Origin: Nitrospirota bacterium
Lineage (GTDB): Bacteria > Nitrospirota > UBA9217
Length of the DNA: 64,000 nt
Assembly (NCBI GenBank): GCA_963749655.1
Contig: CAVVOB010000029.1
Location: 1 to 64,000, forward strand
Direction: 5' to 3'
The translations under genes were made by a program, and so were the position numbers. Of this stretch, positions 49,661-60,365 are shown one piece after another; the first letter of the stretch is position 1; each line of letters begins with the position of its first letter. Under the pieces are notes generated by a model that saw only the letters and a list, made by a program, of their open reading frames with translations, did not search any database and had not been told where the DNA came from.

Positions 49661-49891
49661 GGAATACCTCCTCGGGAATATCGGGAAATATGAAATATAT
49701 TGAAATTTGCAGTTTGTTACGATTCGGCTGAAGCAGTTTATAAAAATGATGCGTCCGGACGATAGTATCAATATACCATAGGAAAAAGGGGCTTGGGCAC
49801 AAGGGGCGGAATTTGCAGGTACGGAAACGTTCCGAACCGATCCTATATGGATTTAGTCGTGCAGATGCGCTTCAGCCCTTAGAGCCTGGAT

Positions 49892-51004
49892 TTATCCGAG
49901 ACGTTTTCTGAACCTGAAGGCACTGAACCAGATGACGGCGACTCCCAGTATGAGCAGCCCGGCCATCTGGGGCCAGAGGATGGAAAGCCCGTTCCCTTTC
50001 AGGAAGAGGCCCCTGATGATGACCAAAAAAAAGCGGAGGGGGTTTGCAAATGTCAGGTACTGAAAGAAGTCGGGCATGTTTTCGATGGGAAACATGAATC
50101 CCGACAGGAGCACGGCAGGCATATAGAACAGAAAACCCGCCATGAGCGCCTGCTGCTGGGTGCGGGCGATGGTGGAAATAAAAAGGCCGATGCCGAGCAC
50201 CGAGAGAAGGTAAATAGCTGTGGACAGCGGCAGCAGCACCAACGAGCCCCTTATCGGGATGTTGAATATCAGGACGCCGAAGACGGTAATGAGCGCCATG
50301 TCCAGGAAGCCGATGATAGCGAACGGAATGGTCTTGCCGAGGATGAGCTCCAGGGGCGTAAGCGGCGTGACCATAAGCTGTTCCATGGTGCCGACTTCGC
50401 GCTCCCGCACGATTGCCATGGACGTGAGCAGGAGCGACGTAAGCATGATCACCATGGCGATGACGCCGGGAACATTGTAATTCTTGCTCTTGAGTTCGGG
50501 ATTGTACCAGGCCCGCGTCCGTACGTCCAGGGGGAGCGGCCGACCTCCGCCTGCCTTGTCCGCTGCGAATTGCCCGATGATCCTGCTTGCGTAATCCATG
50601 GCAACGGTGGCGGTGTTCGAATCCGTCCCGTCGACGATGACCTGAATGGTCGTCGGCTTCCTGCGGCGGAGGTCTGCGGAAAAACCGCGGTTGATCTGGA
50701 TGGCCATGGTCGCTCTGCCGCGGTCGAGAAGGTCTTGCAGGGCTGCTGCTGAGTCAGGCCGCGAGGTTATGCGAAAATAGCCCGAAGCGGTCATCCGCTG
50801 GACAAGCTCCCTGCTTTCCTGGGATCGGTCGAGGTCATAGATCGCCGTGGGAACGTTGTTCACGTCGGTCGTGACCGCGTAGCCGAAAACCAGGGTCTGC
50901 AGAAACGGGACCACAAAGACGATGGCCTTCATGCGGCGGTCCCGGAGGATGTGGATGAACTCCTTGATGACCATCTGTTTTATGCGTTCAATGCTTTTGC
51001 GCAT
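49892..51004 (-). CDS. ABC-2 exporter permease (YbhR-like)
   Basis: REREVGTMEQL, LLSGFMFPIENMP. Confidence 0.9.
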   Translation of the reverse strand: MRKSIERIKQMVIKEFIHILRDRRMKAIVFVVPFLQTLVFGYAVTTDVNNVPTAIYDLDRSQESRELVQRMTASGYFRITSRPDSAAALQDLLDRGRATMAIQINRGFSADLRRRKPTTIQVIVDGTDSNTATVAMDYASRIIGQFAADKAGGGRPLPLDVRTRAWYNPELKSKNYNVPGVIAMVIMLTSLLLTSMAIVREREVGTMEQLMVTPLTPLELILGKTIPFAIIGFLDMALITVFGVLIFNIPIRGSLVLLPLSTAIYLLSVLGIGLFISTIARTQQQALMAGFLFYMPAVLLSGFMFPIENMPDFFQYLTFANPLRFFLVIIRGLFLKGNGLSILWPQMAGLLILGVAVIWFSAFRFRKRLG

Positions 51005-51023
51005 GCGCTGCTCCGTTTTACTG

Positions 51024-52133
51024 CTACACGATCTTTTTCTTGAACTTCCTGTTGGCAACGGCGAAAATGAACGCCGCGAAGGCCGTCAGAAAGAGCGCTT
51101 CAGTCGTTAGAAACTTGAGCGTGCTTCCCTTTAAAAAGATCCCCTTGACCACGGTCACATAGTAGCGCGCCGGAATGATCCGCGTCATGAACTGCAGGGG
51201 CGTGGGCATGTTCGAGATGGCGAACATGAAGCCCGAAAGCAGAAAAGCCGGAAGAAAGGTCGCCACCATCGAGATCTGGCTGGCCACGAGCTGGGACTTG
51301 GCGACAACGGAAATGACGATGCCGAGCCCCAGGCCGCCGAAGAGGAAGATGCCCGACAGCAGGGCGAGCAGAAAAAGGTTCCCCCGCAGGGGTACGCCGA
51401 AGAGCGTGGTCGCCATCAGGACCGAAACAGCGACATCGATGAATCCGATCAAAAAATAGGGGATCAGCTTCCCGAGGATCAGTTCCGGCGGTTTGACCGG
51501 CGTTGCAATGAGCTGCTCCATGGTCCCCCGCTCCCACTCCCGTGCGATCGTGAGCGAGGTGAGCAGCGCGGCGATCACCACCATGATCACGGCGATGAGC
51601 CCCGGAATGATGAAGTGCTGCGACTTGAGCTCGGGATTGTACCAGACACGGACCCGGGGATCGATCAGCGGAACAATTTTTACGTTGGCCAGTCTTTCTG
51701 CGTAGAGATTGGTAAAAGCCGTCATGTAACCCAGGGCGATCGTCGCCGTGTTCGAGTCGCTTCCGTCCACGATGACCTGACGGGACGCCGTCCTGCTCGT
51801 CCTGATGTCGCGGGAGAAATGTTCGGGAATGGAAACCGCTACTCGCGCTTTGCCCGAGTCGAGATAGTCGTCAATCTCGCGCCCGTCTTCGGCAGAGCGG
51901 ACAACGGTGAAATAACCCGACGCGCTCAGCGCAGCCACGAGTTCCCTGCTGGTGCTGCTCCGGTCGCGGTCGTACACAATGGTCGTGAGCCGGTTCACAT
52001 CGAGGGTGATGGCGTACCCGAAAATGAACAGCAGCATCGCAGGCATGGCAAAGGCCATGGCCAGGCTCAGCGGATCCCGCCGGATCTGGATCAGCTCTTT
52101 TTGTACGATGGCTTTGATGCGAAGTAGTTTCAT
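51024..52133 (-). CDS. ABC-2 exporter permease (YbhS-like)
   Basis: AREWERGTMEQL. Confidence 0.9.
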   Translation of the reverse strand: MKLLRIKAIVQKELIQIRRDPLSLAMAFAMPAMLLFIFGYAITLDVNRLTTIVYDRDRSSTSRELVAALSASGYFTVVRSAEDGREIDDYLDSGKARVAVSIPEHFSRDIRTSRTASRQVIVDGSDSNTATIALGYMTAFTNLYAERLANVKIVPLIDPRVRVWYNPELKSQHFIIPGLIAVIMVVIAALLTSLTIAREWERGTMEQLIATPVKPPELILGKLIPYFLIGFIDVAVSVLMATTLFGVPLRGNLFLLALLSGIFLFGGLGLGIVISVVAKSQLVASQISMVATFLPAFLLSGFMFAISNMPTPLQFMTRIIPARYYVTVVKGIFLKGSTLKFLTTEALFLTAFAAFIFAVANRKFKKKIV

Positions 52134-52194
52134 ATTTAATTCAGTGAGGAGTAAGGAGTGAGGTGGAAGGTGAAAAGGAATCAGGGAAGAGACC

Positions 52195-52240
<46 letters not shown>

Positions 52241-52242
52241 CT

Positions 52243-53164
52243 TCACGATACCTCAATCAACGTCACAAACACATCCTCGAGCGACGGCACGATCTTCTCT
52301 ATTCTTCTGACATTAATGCCCGCGCCCTCCAGGTGCCGGCGAATCAGGGGCTCGGCTGCTGCGGCGTTTTCCACTGTCGCATGGAGCACGCTCCCGAAAA
52401 TCGCTGATTCGATATTATTCCTGTTCAACAGGTCCATCGCATCGACGACGCGGTCCGCGTCGATTTCCAGCACGTCCCTGGTCATGTACTTCAATTTGAG
52501 CTCGTTCGGTGTGCCTTCGGCAATGATCCTGCCGCGGTAAATGAGCCCCAGCCGGTCACAGTAATCCGCCTCGTCCATATAGTGCGTCGTAACAAAGACC
52601 GTGGTCCCTGCCTGGGACATTTCATAGATCATGGTCCAGAAGTTGCGGCGCGAAACCGGGTCCACACCCGAAGTGGGCTCGTCGAGGAACAGGATCGGCG
52701 GTTCGTGCAGCACGGCGCAACCCAGGGCCAGCCGCTGTTTGAAGCCGCCGGGAAGCGTCCTCGTAACGGAGCCCCTTTTGTCTTCAAGGCCCGCCATGGA
52801 CAGGACCCATCTTTTCCGCTCGTCTTTTCTCGAATCGGGCACCGAGTAGATGCCGCTGTAGAAGTTGATGTTCTCGTCGACCGTCAGATCGTCATAGAGC
52901 GAAAACTTCTGCGACATGTAGCCGATGGTCTTCTTGATTTCCTCGGATTGCTTGATGATGTCATAACCGCCTACGGTCCCGCTTCCGCCTGAAGGCAAAA
53001 GCAGGCCGCAGAGCATCTTGATCGTTGTCGACTTTCCCGCTCCGTTCGGCCCGAGGAAACCGAAGATCTCGCCTTTCCTGACTTCGAGGTCGATCCGGTC
53101 CACGGCAATGAAATCACCGAACGTGCGGGTGAGACCCTTAACTGTGACTGCAGATCGCTGTTAT
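52243..53164 (-). CDS. ABC transporter ATP-binding protein; 5' end uncertain
   Basis: GPNGAGKST, LDEPTSG. Confidence 0.88.
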
Positions 53165-54147
53165 GATTTATGGTCATTTGTTCGCCTTAATTCCGCATTC
53201 CGCAATCCGCATTCCGCAATGCCTTCCTTCTTCTCCACCATCGATATAAACACGTCTTCAAGCGACGGCTGAATGTCCCGCAGCCCCTTGACTTCGATTC
53301 CCATTTTCTTGACTGCTTCGACAACCGACCCTGCAGCCTCCCGTTGCTCCAGGGCGATGTGGAGCCTGTCGCCGTAGATGCTTGCGCTCCTTGTGCCCGG
53401 TATCTGCCGCACGACAGGAAGGGCTGACCGGGCATCGCCGGACCAAAGCTCGATCATGGGTAGACCGAGCGATTGTTTGATCGCCGCGGGATTGTCTAGT
53501 TTGAGCACCTTTCCGTTGTGCATCAAGGCGATCCTGGTGCAGCGTTCGGCTTCGTCAAGATAGGCTGTCGAGACAAAGATGGTAATGCCTTCCTTTAAGA
53601 GATCATAGAGGATCTTCCAGAAGTCCCTGCGCGATACCGGGTCCACGCCGTTCGTCGGTTCGTCGAGAAAGAGCACTTCCGGAGTATGGATAAGCGAGCA
53701 GGCGAGGCCCAGCTTCTGCTTCATGCCGCCCGAGAGCTTGCCGGCAAGTCGGTCCTTGAACGGGGTCAGATTGCTGAACCCGAGGAGCCGTTCGATGCGG
53801 GGCGGCCGCTCCTTTTTCGGCACTTCATAGAGGTCTGCATAGAACAGGATATTTTCCATGACCGTCAGATCTTCGTACAGCCCGAAGCGCTGCGACATGT
53901 ATCCGATCTTTTCTTTTATCCTCTCGCCTGCAGTGCGGATGGAAAGACCGGCCACCCATGCATCACCCGAGGTGGGGTCCATGATCGCGGCAAGGAGACG
54001 CATGGTCGTGGTCTTTCCAGCGCCGTCAGGCCCCACGAGTCCGAACAGCTCGCCTTTCGGGATCTCGATGTTCAAGCAGTCAACGGCAGTAAGGCTGTTA
54101 AACGACTTCGTAAGATTGTCAGTCTTTATTGCAGCGAAATTGTTCAC
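53161..54147 (-). CDS. ABC transporter ATP-binding protein
   Basis: GPDGAGKTT, LSGGMKQ, LDEPT. Confidence 0.92.
   Translation of the reverse strand: MNNFAAIKTDNLTKSFNSLTAVDCLNIEIPKGELFGLVGPDGAGKTTTMRLLAAIMDPTSGDAWVAGLSIRTAGERIKEKIGYMSQRFGLYEDLTVMENILFYADLYEVPKKERPPRIERLLGFSNLTPFKDRLAGKLSGGMKQKLGLACSLIHTPEVLFLDEPTNGVDPVSRRDFWKILYDLLKEGITIFVSTAYLDEAERCTRIALMHNGKVLKLDNPAAIKQSLGLPMIELWSGDARSALPVVRQIPGTRSASIYGDRLHIALEQREAAGSVVEAVKKMGIEVKGLRDIQPSLEDVFISMVEKKEGIAECGLRNAELRRTNDHKS
53190..53220. repeat. Heptamer tandem repeat (AWTCCGC)n
   Basis: ATTCCGC ATTCCGC AATCCGC ATTCCGC AAT; related tract near 60341-60364. Confidence 0.8.
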
Positions 54148-54196
54148 TCCTGACTCCTTGCTCCTGACTCCTTGCTCCTGACTCCTGCCTTCTGAC
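54146..54196. repeat. Degenerate heptamer tandem repeat (ACTCCTG/GCTCCTG/ACTCCTT)
   Basis: About 7 units filling the intergenic gap. Confidence 0.85.
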
Positions 54197-54197
54197 C

Positions 54198-55028
54198 CTA
54201 CGGTTTCATCAAGATCCTTACATCCGCCGGCATGCTTGGTTTGAGCTCGTCATTCACGTTCTTCACGCTCACCTTTACGCCGAAGACGAGCTTCACCCGC
54301 TCTTCCTTTGTTTGGACATTTTTAGGGGTGAATTCTGCCTCCGATGCAATATAGGTAACCGTGCCGTCATAAACCTTGCCGGGATAGGTATCGGTGGAGA
54401 CGAAAACCTTCTGTCCCAGTTTTATGAGCCCCAGCTTGTCTTCCTTTACGTAGACCTTGATCCAGGGATTTTCGAGATCGCCTATCGTGAATACGGGAGT
54501 TCCTACCGCTACCGTCTCGCCTGCTTCCACGTTCTTTTTGAGCACTACGCCCGATACCGGTGCGTACAGCACTGCGTCCCTCATCCGTACTTCGCTGGTC
54601 CTGAGCGCGGCCGTTGATTGCCGGATCTGTGCCTGCGCCACATCGTAGACTGTTTTTGCCGCGTCCATCTGCTGGGCTGAGATCGCTTCTTGCTTAAAAA
54701 GCATCTCCGCCCGCGTAAAATCATTCTTTGCCTGTTCGAGCTGCGCATTCGAATGTTCAAGGACGGCTTTGCTTTGTGCAACCTGGGTCGCATACTCCGC
54801 GTTGTCGAGCTGGGCGATCTTATCGCCCGCCTTCACGGTTCGGCCTTCATCGGTGAGCAGCGTTGTAACCCTGCCGGGAATCTTGAACGCAACGTCGACT
54901 TCCGTTACCTCCACGTTGCCCGAAAGTGTCATATTTCCCTGGTCGCGGTTATTCCCGAATCGATATACCAGCGCCGTTGCTACGACGGCCGCCAGCAGAA
55001 TTCCCGCTATGATCAATCTTTTCTTCAT
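54198..55028 (-). CDS. HlyD-family periplasmic adaptor
   Basis: N-terminal anchor; IASEAEFTPKNVQT. Confidence 0.9.
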   Translation of the reverse strand: MKKRLIIAGILLAAVVATALVYRFGNNRDQGNMTLSGNVEVTEVDVAFKIPGRVTTLLTDEGRTVKAGDKIAQLDNAEYATQVAQSKAVLEHSNAQLEQAKNDFTRAEMLFKQEAISAQQMDAAKTVYDVAQAQIRQSTAALRTSEVRMRDAVLYAPVSGVVLKKNVEAGETVAVGTPVFTIGDLENPWIKVYVKEDKLGLIKLGQKVFVSTDTYPGKVYDGTVTYIASEAEFTPKNVQTKEERVKLVFGVKVSVKNVNDELKPSMPADVRILMKP

Positions 55029-55125
55029 CCAACATCCTCCTGATTGGAAAATCCTTTATGCAGACCGCAAAGAGTACCGAGCTCCGTCGGACAAACCGGC
55101 CTCCGATGGCTCAGATTCGACGTCA

Positions 55126-55737
55126 TTATTCCACGGCGACGCATTTTTCAAAATTCCTCCAGAGTTTCCGCGCTTCCGCTGCCAGGGAAAAGGAAAAATT
55201 GCTCAACGACCATCGGAACATGAGGCCCTGGATCATGCCGATGTACATCAAGGCAGTTGTTTTCGGGTCCAGATCGCTCCGGAACCGGCCTGACTTCTGG
55301 GCATCCCTGATGAACGTTGCCAGGGTAGCGGAAAAGGCATACATCGTCTGGAGCAGTATCCCCCGGAGTTTTTCGGAAATGTGCAGCTCATCGGAAAACA
55401 TGAACCGCGGGATCCCGCTGTTTGCCTCCATAAGTTCGATCTGGAGATCGTAAAAACGTTTGAGCTTTTTTACCGGCGCCGCTTCACCGGCAAGGGATGC
55501 CCCGATGTTCCCGGCGATACGCTCCTTAACATAGCCGACGGCGGCGAAGAAGATGTCTTCCTTGCCTTTGAAATGCCGGTATAAGTTTGCCTCCGAAATG
55601 CCCGCCTCAGCCGCAAGAGCGGACGTTGTCAGGCCGCCCACGCCTTTCTTCGATATGATCGCAAGCGCCGCCTGAATAACCTGGTCCCGCCGGACCTCTC
55701 CCCTCATTTTCAAACCGGACTTTCCACCGGACGCCAT
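55126..55737 (-). CDS. TetR/AcrR-family regulator
   Basis: LAAEAGISEANLYRHFKGKE HTH. Confidence 0.9.
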   Translation of the reverse strand: MASGGKSGLKMRGEVRRDQVIQAALAIISKKGVGGLTTSALAAEAGISEANLYRHFKGKEDIFFAAVGYVKERIAGNIGASLAGEAAPVKKLKRFYDLQIELMEANSGIPRFMFSDELHISEKLRGILLQTMYAFSATLATFIRDAQKSGRFRSDLDPKTTALMYIGMIQGLMFRWSLSNFSFSLAAEARKLWRNFEKCVAVE

Positions 55738-55750
55738 GGCTGCTCTCCTT

Positions 55751-55800
55751 ATGTGAGTGAACATTCACTTACATTATACCGCAGAATCCGTACCTGTCAA
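55751..55800 (-). promoter_or_regulatory. Promoter TTGACA-N16-TATAAT with TetR-type operator ATGTGAGTGAA-CA-TTCACTTACAT
   Basis: -35 at 55795-55800, -10 at 55773-55778, palindrome at 55751-55774. Confidence 0.8.
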
Positions 55801-55852
55801 GGATCGCTTTTTTGGCTTGTTCTTGCGGAAAAACACGCTATAATCGCATCGT

Positions 55853-56425
55853 ATGCCGTCCCTCTTCAAACCTGGAACCTGTGCAAAGAAGCTCCTCATT
55901 ATTCTCACGCTCCTGATCGCCTTTTTTCCGGCTCTTTTGCAGGGCCATGCCGCAGCGGCCCCTTCCCTGCACCAGGCAAAGGTCACTGCAGTCAATGACG
56001 GCGACACGGTGACGATTTTTCTGGAGGGCAAGGAGCATCGCTGCCGCCTCATCGGTTTCGATGCACCGGAAATGGGACAAGAACCATGGGGCCGGCGCTC
56101 GCGGGAGCATCTGCGCGGTTTGCTCAAGGCTTCCCGTTGGAAAATAACGGTCGAAACCGATCTGGAGAAATATGACAAATACAACCGGCTCCTCGTCTAT
56201 CTTCGGACCCCGGACAATGTTATGATCAACGAACGGATGCTGACCGACGGATACGCCGTGCTCTTCACGATTCAGCCGAACAGCAGGTACGTTGAACGTT
56301 TTAAAAAAGCGCAGCATCAGGCACGACAGGAAAAACGGGGGATCTGGGGACCCAACGGGTTGAAAGAACGGCCCCTGGACTACAAAAAAGCCCATCCGCG
56401 GACTGAATCAAGGAAGGCATTATGA
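55853..56425 (+). CDS. Thermonuclease (SNase) family protein
   Basis: VNDGDT, RLIGFDAPE, DKYNRLL. Confidence 0.9.
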   Translation: MPSLFKPGTCAKKLLIILTLLIAFFPALLQGHAAAAPSLHQAKVTAVNDGDTVTIFLEGKEHRCRLIGFDAPEMGQEPWGRRSREHLRGLLKASRWKITVETDLEKYDKYNRLLVYLRTPDNVMINERMLTDGYAVLFTIQPNSRYVERFKKAQHQARQEKRGIWGPNGLKERPLDYKKAHPRTESRKAL

Positions 56426-56799
56426 GACGATACTGCATCGCAGTCATGGCAGTGCTCCTGCTGATCACGGTAGTTCATTCAAAAATCGGCTGCTGTGAGG
56501 AGCAGAAAGCGGACCGTTCCTGGTACCGCATGGAAATTCAGACGGGCGACACCACCTACCAGTGCATGGGCAGTTCACCCCTTGACGAGAAAGCGTTTGC
56601 GAAGCGGCTCGAAACCGGGGAATTCATAGTGCTCGACGATGCCTCGTACCTTGATGCAACGGGCAGAGCAAAAGACTGGCATGAATGGGATCCCAAGACG
56701 CATCCGAGGCTGTATATCAATCCCCAATATGTCATCTTCTTTAATCCCCTGAAAGGAGACCTGCGGAAAACTTCATCAACGAAATCACCGGGAAAATGA
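56422..56799 (+). CDS. Exported hypothetical protein
   Basis: Signal-like N-terminus; overlaps the upstream stop. Confidence 0.6.
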   Translation: MRRYCIAVMAVLLLITVVHSKIGCCEEQKADRSWYRMEIQTGDTTYQCMGSSPLDEKAFAKRLETGEFIVLDDASYLDATGRAKDWHEWDPKTHPRLYINPQYVIFFNPLKGDLRKTSSTKSPGK

Positions 56800-56920
56800 T
56801 ACAATCAGAAAACAGCATGCGGGAATGCGCTCTACGGCATTTCATGCTCTGCTCGCCCCACTGATCCAAGAGACGGGGTAGTGCCGACATCCGCTATCGA
56901 GTCAGGACAGGAGCCGAATC

Positions 56921-57571
56921 ATGAAACGATTTCTCAGTGAGCAGGAGCGTCAAGAGGTGGACATCCGCGTAGCTGAAGCGGAAAAAAAGACCGGCGCGCA
57001 GATCGTATGCGCCGTCGTCGAACGATGCGATGCCTATGCAGAGCTTCCCTGGAAAGCTTTTGCCCTCGGAGCATCCATGGCGGGTCTGGCAATCGTCCTC
57101 CTGGGGCTGATGCGACCGGGTTGGACCGCCCCTTCCGACCCGCTGCCCGCTGTTATGACGACCCTTGCAGGAGGGGCAAGCCTCGCCCTGTTGTCAATCT
57201 GGACTCCCGGGTTCGGCCGTCTCCTGCTTGACGGTCACCGCGTCGAGGCCGAGGTGCGGCAATACGCCGAGTCCCTGTTTCTCACCCGGGAGCTCTTTGC
57301 CACCCGCGGCCGGACCGGCGTCCTGCTCCTCGTCAGCCTTTTCGAGAGACGCGTCGTGGTGCTGCCGGACACCGGGCTCGCATCATGTCTTTCCCGGGAC
57401 AATCTGCACAAGGTCATCACAGGGATGTCTGGACCACTTGCGTCGGGTCAGGTCAGCCGGGCGCTCGAGGGGGGGCTTGGAGCGCTGGAGCAGGACCTGT
57501 CTGCCTCATCAACAGACAGGTCGCGCGCAAACGAGATCCCCACTACCATCATCGAGGAGAAAGGCCAATGA
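56921..57571 (+). CDS. TPM-domain membrane protein
   Basis: AEAEKKTGAQIV...TRGRTGVLLLVS.FERRVVVLPD. Confidence 0.82.
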   Translation: MKRFLSEQERQEVDIRVAEAEKKTGAQIVCAVVERCDAYAELPWKAFALGASMAGLAIVLLGLMRPGWTAPSDPLPAVMTTLAGGASLALLSIWTPGFGRLLLDGHRVEAEVRQYAESLFLTRELFATRGRTGVLLLVSLFERRVVVLPDTGLASCLSRDNLHKVITGMSGPLASGQVSRALEGGLGALEQDLSASSTDRSRANEIPTTIIEEKGQ

Positions 57572-58527
57572 AAACGAGCATCCGTCTCTCCTGTTTCGCA
57601 TTTTTGTTCTTTTCGGCCTTTCAGGCCTTTGGCGCGGACATCCCTTACCTCACCGGACGGATAACCGACAACGCGCAGATACTCTCCGACGGCGCACGCC
57701 GGGCCCTGACGAATAGTCTCAAAGCCCACGAGGAGCAGACCGGCAACCAGGTCGCAGTGCTCACCACGCCTTCGCTCGGCGATGAAAGCATCGAGGACTA
57801 CGCCGTCGCGGTATTTCAGGCATGGAAACTCGGACAAAAAGGCAAGGACAACGGAGTGCTGGTCATCATCGCGCCGAAAGACCGGCGCATGCGTATTGAA
57901 GTTGGCTACGGACTTGAGGGAACGCTGACCGACTCCATTGCCGGCAGCATAATCCGGAACAGCATGACGCCGCGGTTTAAGGCCGAAGATTATGACGGCG
58001 GCGTTGCCGCAGGAGTGCAGGCCATATTGACCGTGCTGGAAGGAGGTCAGGCGCCGCAGGACACCGGCGTCACCGCGGGTGCAGAAGAGTCCTCATCGGG
58101 CTTCCACATCGATGCGCCTGACATGCCGCTTACCGAACGCATCCTCTTCGGCGCGTTCATCTTCGGAATCATCGGGCTGTTCACCGTGATCGGCGTACTG
58201 ACGCCGGGTGTGGGCTGGTTCCTTTACTTTTTTCTGATACCCTTTTGGGCCATGTTCCCCATCGTTGTAGTAGGAAGCACCGGCGCCCTTTACCTGCTCA
58301 TTACGTACCTGGTGGTGTTCCCCATTGCCAAGCTTATGCTCAGGAAAACGAGCTGGTATGCGAAGGCAAAGGAAGATCTTCGTACCAAAGGCAAGGCCTC
58401 TATCGGCGGCTTTGCGATTTCATCGGGAAGCTCCTGGAGCTCCGGCGGTTCCGGAAGTTCGGGAAGCTCGGGATTTTCAGGAGGGGGCGGTTCATCAGGG
58501 GGCGGTGGCGCATCAGGGAGCTGGTGA
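57568..58527 (+). CDS. TPM-domain (YgcG-like) protein
   Basis: WKLGQKGKDNGVL, RIEVGYGLEG, C-terminal GGGGASGSW. Confidence 0.9.
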   Translation: MKTSIRLSCFAFLFFSAFQAFGADIPYLTGRITDNAQILSDGARRALTNSLKAHEEQTGNQVAVLTTPSLGDESIEDYAVAVFQAWKLGQKGKDNGVLVIIAPKDRRMRIEVGYGLEGTLTDSIAGSIIRNSMTPRFKAEDYDGGVAAGVQAILTVLEGGQAPQDTGVTAGAEESSSGFHIDAPDMPLTERILFGAFIFGIIGLFTVIGVLTPGVGWFLYFFLIPFWAMFPIVVVGSTGALYLLITYLVVFPIAKLMLRKTSWYAKAKEDLRTKGKASIGGFAISSGSSWSSGGSGSSGSSGFSGGGGSSGGGGASGSW

Positions 58528-58596
58528 CGGAGCATTTCGGACAGGTATTATACCTGCGTCTCCTGTTCGAACATCCTCTAACAATCGGAAAAGCAC

Positions 58597-58702
58597 TTTG
58601 CCACAGAGGACGCCGAGAACACAGAGGGAAACATAACAGGGGTCAAAACAATTCACGCTGTTTGTTTCTTTTCTCTGTGCCCTCTGTGACCTCTGTGGCA
58701 AA
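58597..58702. repeat. Palindromic element with arms built of 9-bp CACAGAGnn units
   Basis: TTTGCCACAGAGGACGCCGAGAACACAGAG ... CTCTGTGCCCTCTGTGACCTCTGTGGCAAA. Confidence 0.8.
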
Positions 58703-58732
58703 ATAATCTTCGAGACATTGATTCGTAACCGA

Positions 58733-60163
58733 CTACCCCTTTACGCAGGCGATGGGCTTCACCCGGACCACTTTCCGGGCAAGATTCGCCTGATGGGCCG
58801 ACTCAACGACCTCAGATACGTCTTTATATGATTCAGGCGCTTCCTCGGCAATGCCTGAATAGGAATGGCCCCGGACCAATACCCCCTGCTCCTCCAGCAT
58901 TTTGACCACGTCCCGCCCGTGCCATTTGTGCTTTGCCTGGGTGCGGGACATGGCCCTGCCTGCTCCGTGACAGGCCGATCCGAATGCCTGCTGCATTCCG
59001 GCGACCGTTCCCACGAGAATGTACGATGAGGTCCCCATGGTTCCGCCGATCAGCACGGGCTGGCCCACGTGACGGTATTCCAACGGCAGATCGATCTCCT
59101 GGGGCCCGAAAGCCCGGGTCGCTCCCTTGCGGTGGACATACAGTTTTTTCTTCTTTCCATCGACGATATGCGTCTCCACTTTGCAGGTATTATGGCTTAT
59201 ATCGTAGAGCATCTTGATACTGCCCTGGGGAAATACGTCGGTGAATACTTCCCGCACAATATGGGTTATGATCTGACGATTGGCGAGCGCGCAGTTGATT
59301 CCCGCGCACATGGCGCCGAAATACTTCCTGCCTTCGGGAGAGTTGATGGGTGCTGACGCAAGTTCGCGGTCCCTGATCGGCAGTTTGAACCTTGTTGCCG
59401 CAAAGGCAAGGCTTCTGAGATAATCCGTGCCGATCTGATGCCCCAGCCCGCGCGAGCCGCAATGCAGCGATAGTACGACATCGTCCTTCCGGAGCCCCAT
59501 CGCCTGGGCCGCCTGCTCGTCGTAGATGTCTGCCACGACCTGGACTTCGAGGTAATGGTTTCCCGACCCGAGGGTGCCCATCTCGCTGTGCTGCCGCTTC
59601 TTGGCCGTGTCGGAGACATGCTGCGGCTCCGCGCCTTCGACGCGGCCGCGCTCCTCGCTGTACTCGAGGTCCTCTTTAATCCCATAGCCCTTCTTGACCG
59701 CCCACACCGCGCCTCCGAAGAGCATCTCGTCGACCTGGCCGGCAGACAGCCTGATAAGCCCTTCCGAACCCACGCCCGCGGGAACGCGGCTGAAAAGCCG
59801 GTCTACCAACGTCTGAAGCCTCGGCATGACTTCGTCCCGCGTCATGCCGGTCTTGAGAGTGCGGACCCCGCAGGAGATGTCGAACCCCACGCCCCCCATG
59901 GAAATGATGCCGCCTTCGTCCGGATCAAAAGCGGCGACCCCGCCGATGGGGAAGCCGTAGCCCCAGTGCGCGTCGGGCATGGCCATGGAGGCGATCTGGA
60001 TGCCCGGCAGCATGGCCACGTTCGTCACCTGCTCGCGCACCTTCTCGTCCATCTCCTGGATCAGCTTTTCACTGGCAAAGATCCTGCCGGGCACGCGCAT
60101 CTCACCGTGGCGCGGGATCTCCCAGGCATAGTCGTTTATCTTCGTTAATGTTTTCGGATCCAT
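58733..60163 (-). CDS. rtcB: RtcB RNA ligase
   Basis: MPDAHWGYGFPIGG, GFDISCG, GSGNHYLE, HRKGATR, SACHGAGR. Confidence 0.95.
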   Translation of the reverse strand: MDPKTLTKINDYAWEIPRHGEMRVPGRIFASEKLIQEMDEKVREQVTNVAMLPGIQIASMAMPDAHWGYGFPIGGVAAFDPDEGGIISMGGVGFDISCGVRTLKTGMTRDEVMPRLQTLVDRLFSRVPAGVGSEGLIRLSAGQVDEMLFGGAVWAVKKGYGIKEDLEYSEERGRVEGAEPQHVSDTAKKRQHSEMGTLGSGNHYLEVQVVADIYDEQAAQAMGLRKDDVVLSLHCGSRGLGHQIGTDYLRSLAFAATRFKLPIRDRELASAPINSPEGRKYFGAMCAGINCALANRQIITHIVREVFTDVFPQGSIKMLYDISHNTCKVETHIVDGKKKKLYVHRKGATRAFGPQEIDLPLEYRHVGQPVLIGGTMGTSSYILVGTVAGMQQAFGSACHGAGRAMSRTQAKHKWHGRDVVKMLEEQGVLVRGHSYSGIAEEAPESYKDVSEVVESAHQANLARKVVRVKPIACVKG

Positions 60164-60193
60164 AAGCTGATGATCTCGTAAAAAATCGGATTT

Positions 60194-60273
60194 AACCGCA
60201 AAGCCGCGGAGGACGCGGAGAAACTCTTCAACGTTTATGGTCTTTTCTCGGCGTCTCAGCGCCTCGGCGGTGA
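60194..60273. repeat. Palindromic element with arms built of 9-bp CGCnGAGnn units
   Basis: AACCGCAAAGCCGCGGAGGACGCGGAGAAA ... TTTCTCGGCGTCTCAGCGCCTCGGCGGTGA. Confidence 0.7.
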
Positions 60274-60365
60274 ATTCTGACCTTATTCGAATTCATCATA
60301 ATTACAAGTCACAATCTTCTGTTCAAACGTTCGGCTATGCATTCCGCAATTCGTAATCCGCAATT

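Noticed and set aside
55756-55766. 11-bp match AGTGAACATTC between the TetR operator and the intI promoter palindrome
   Set aside because: The symmetry centres and right halves differ; most likely coincidence
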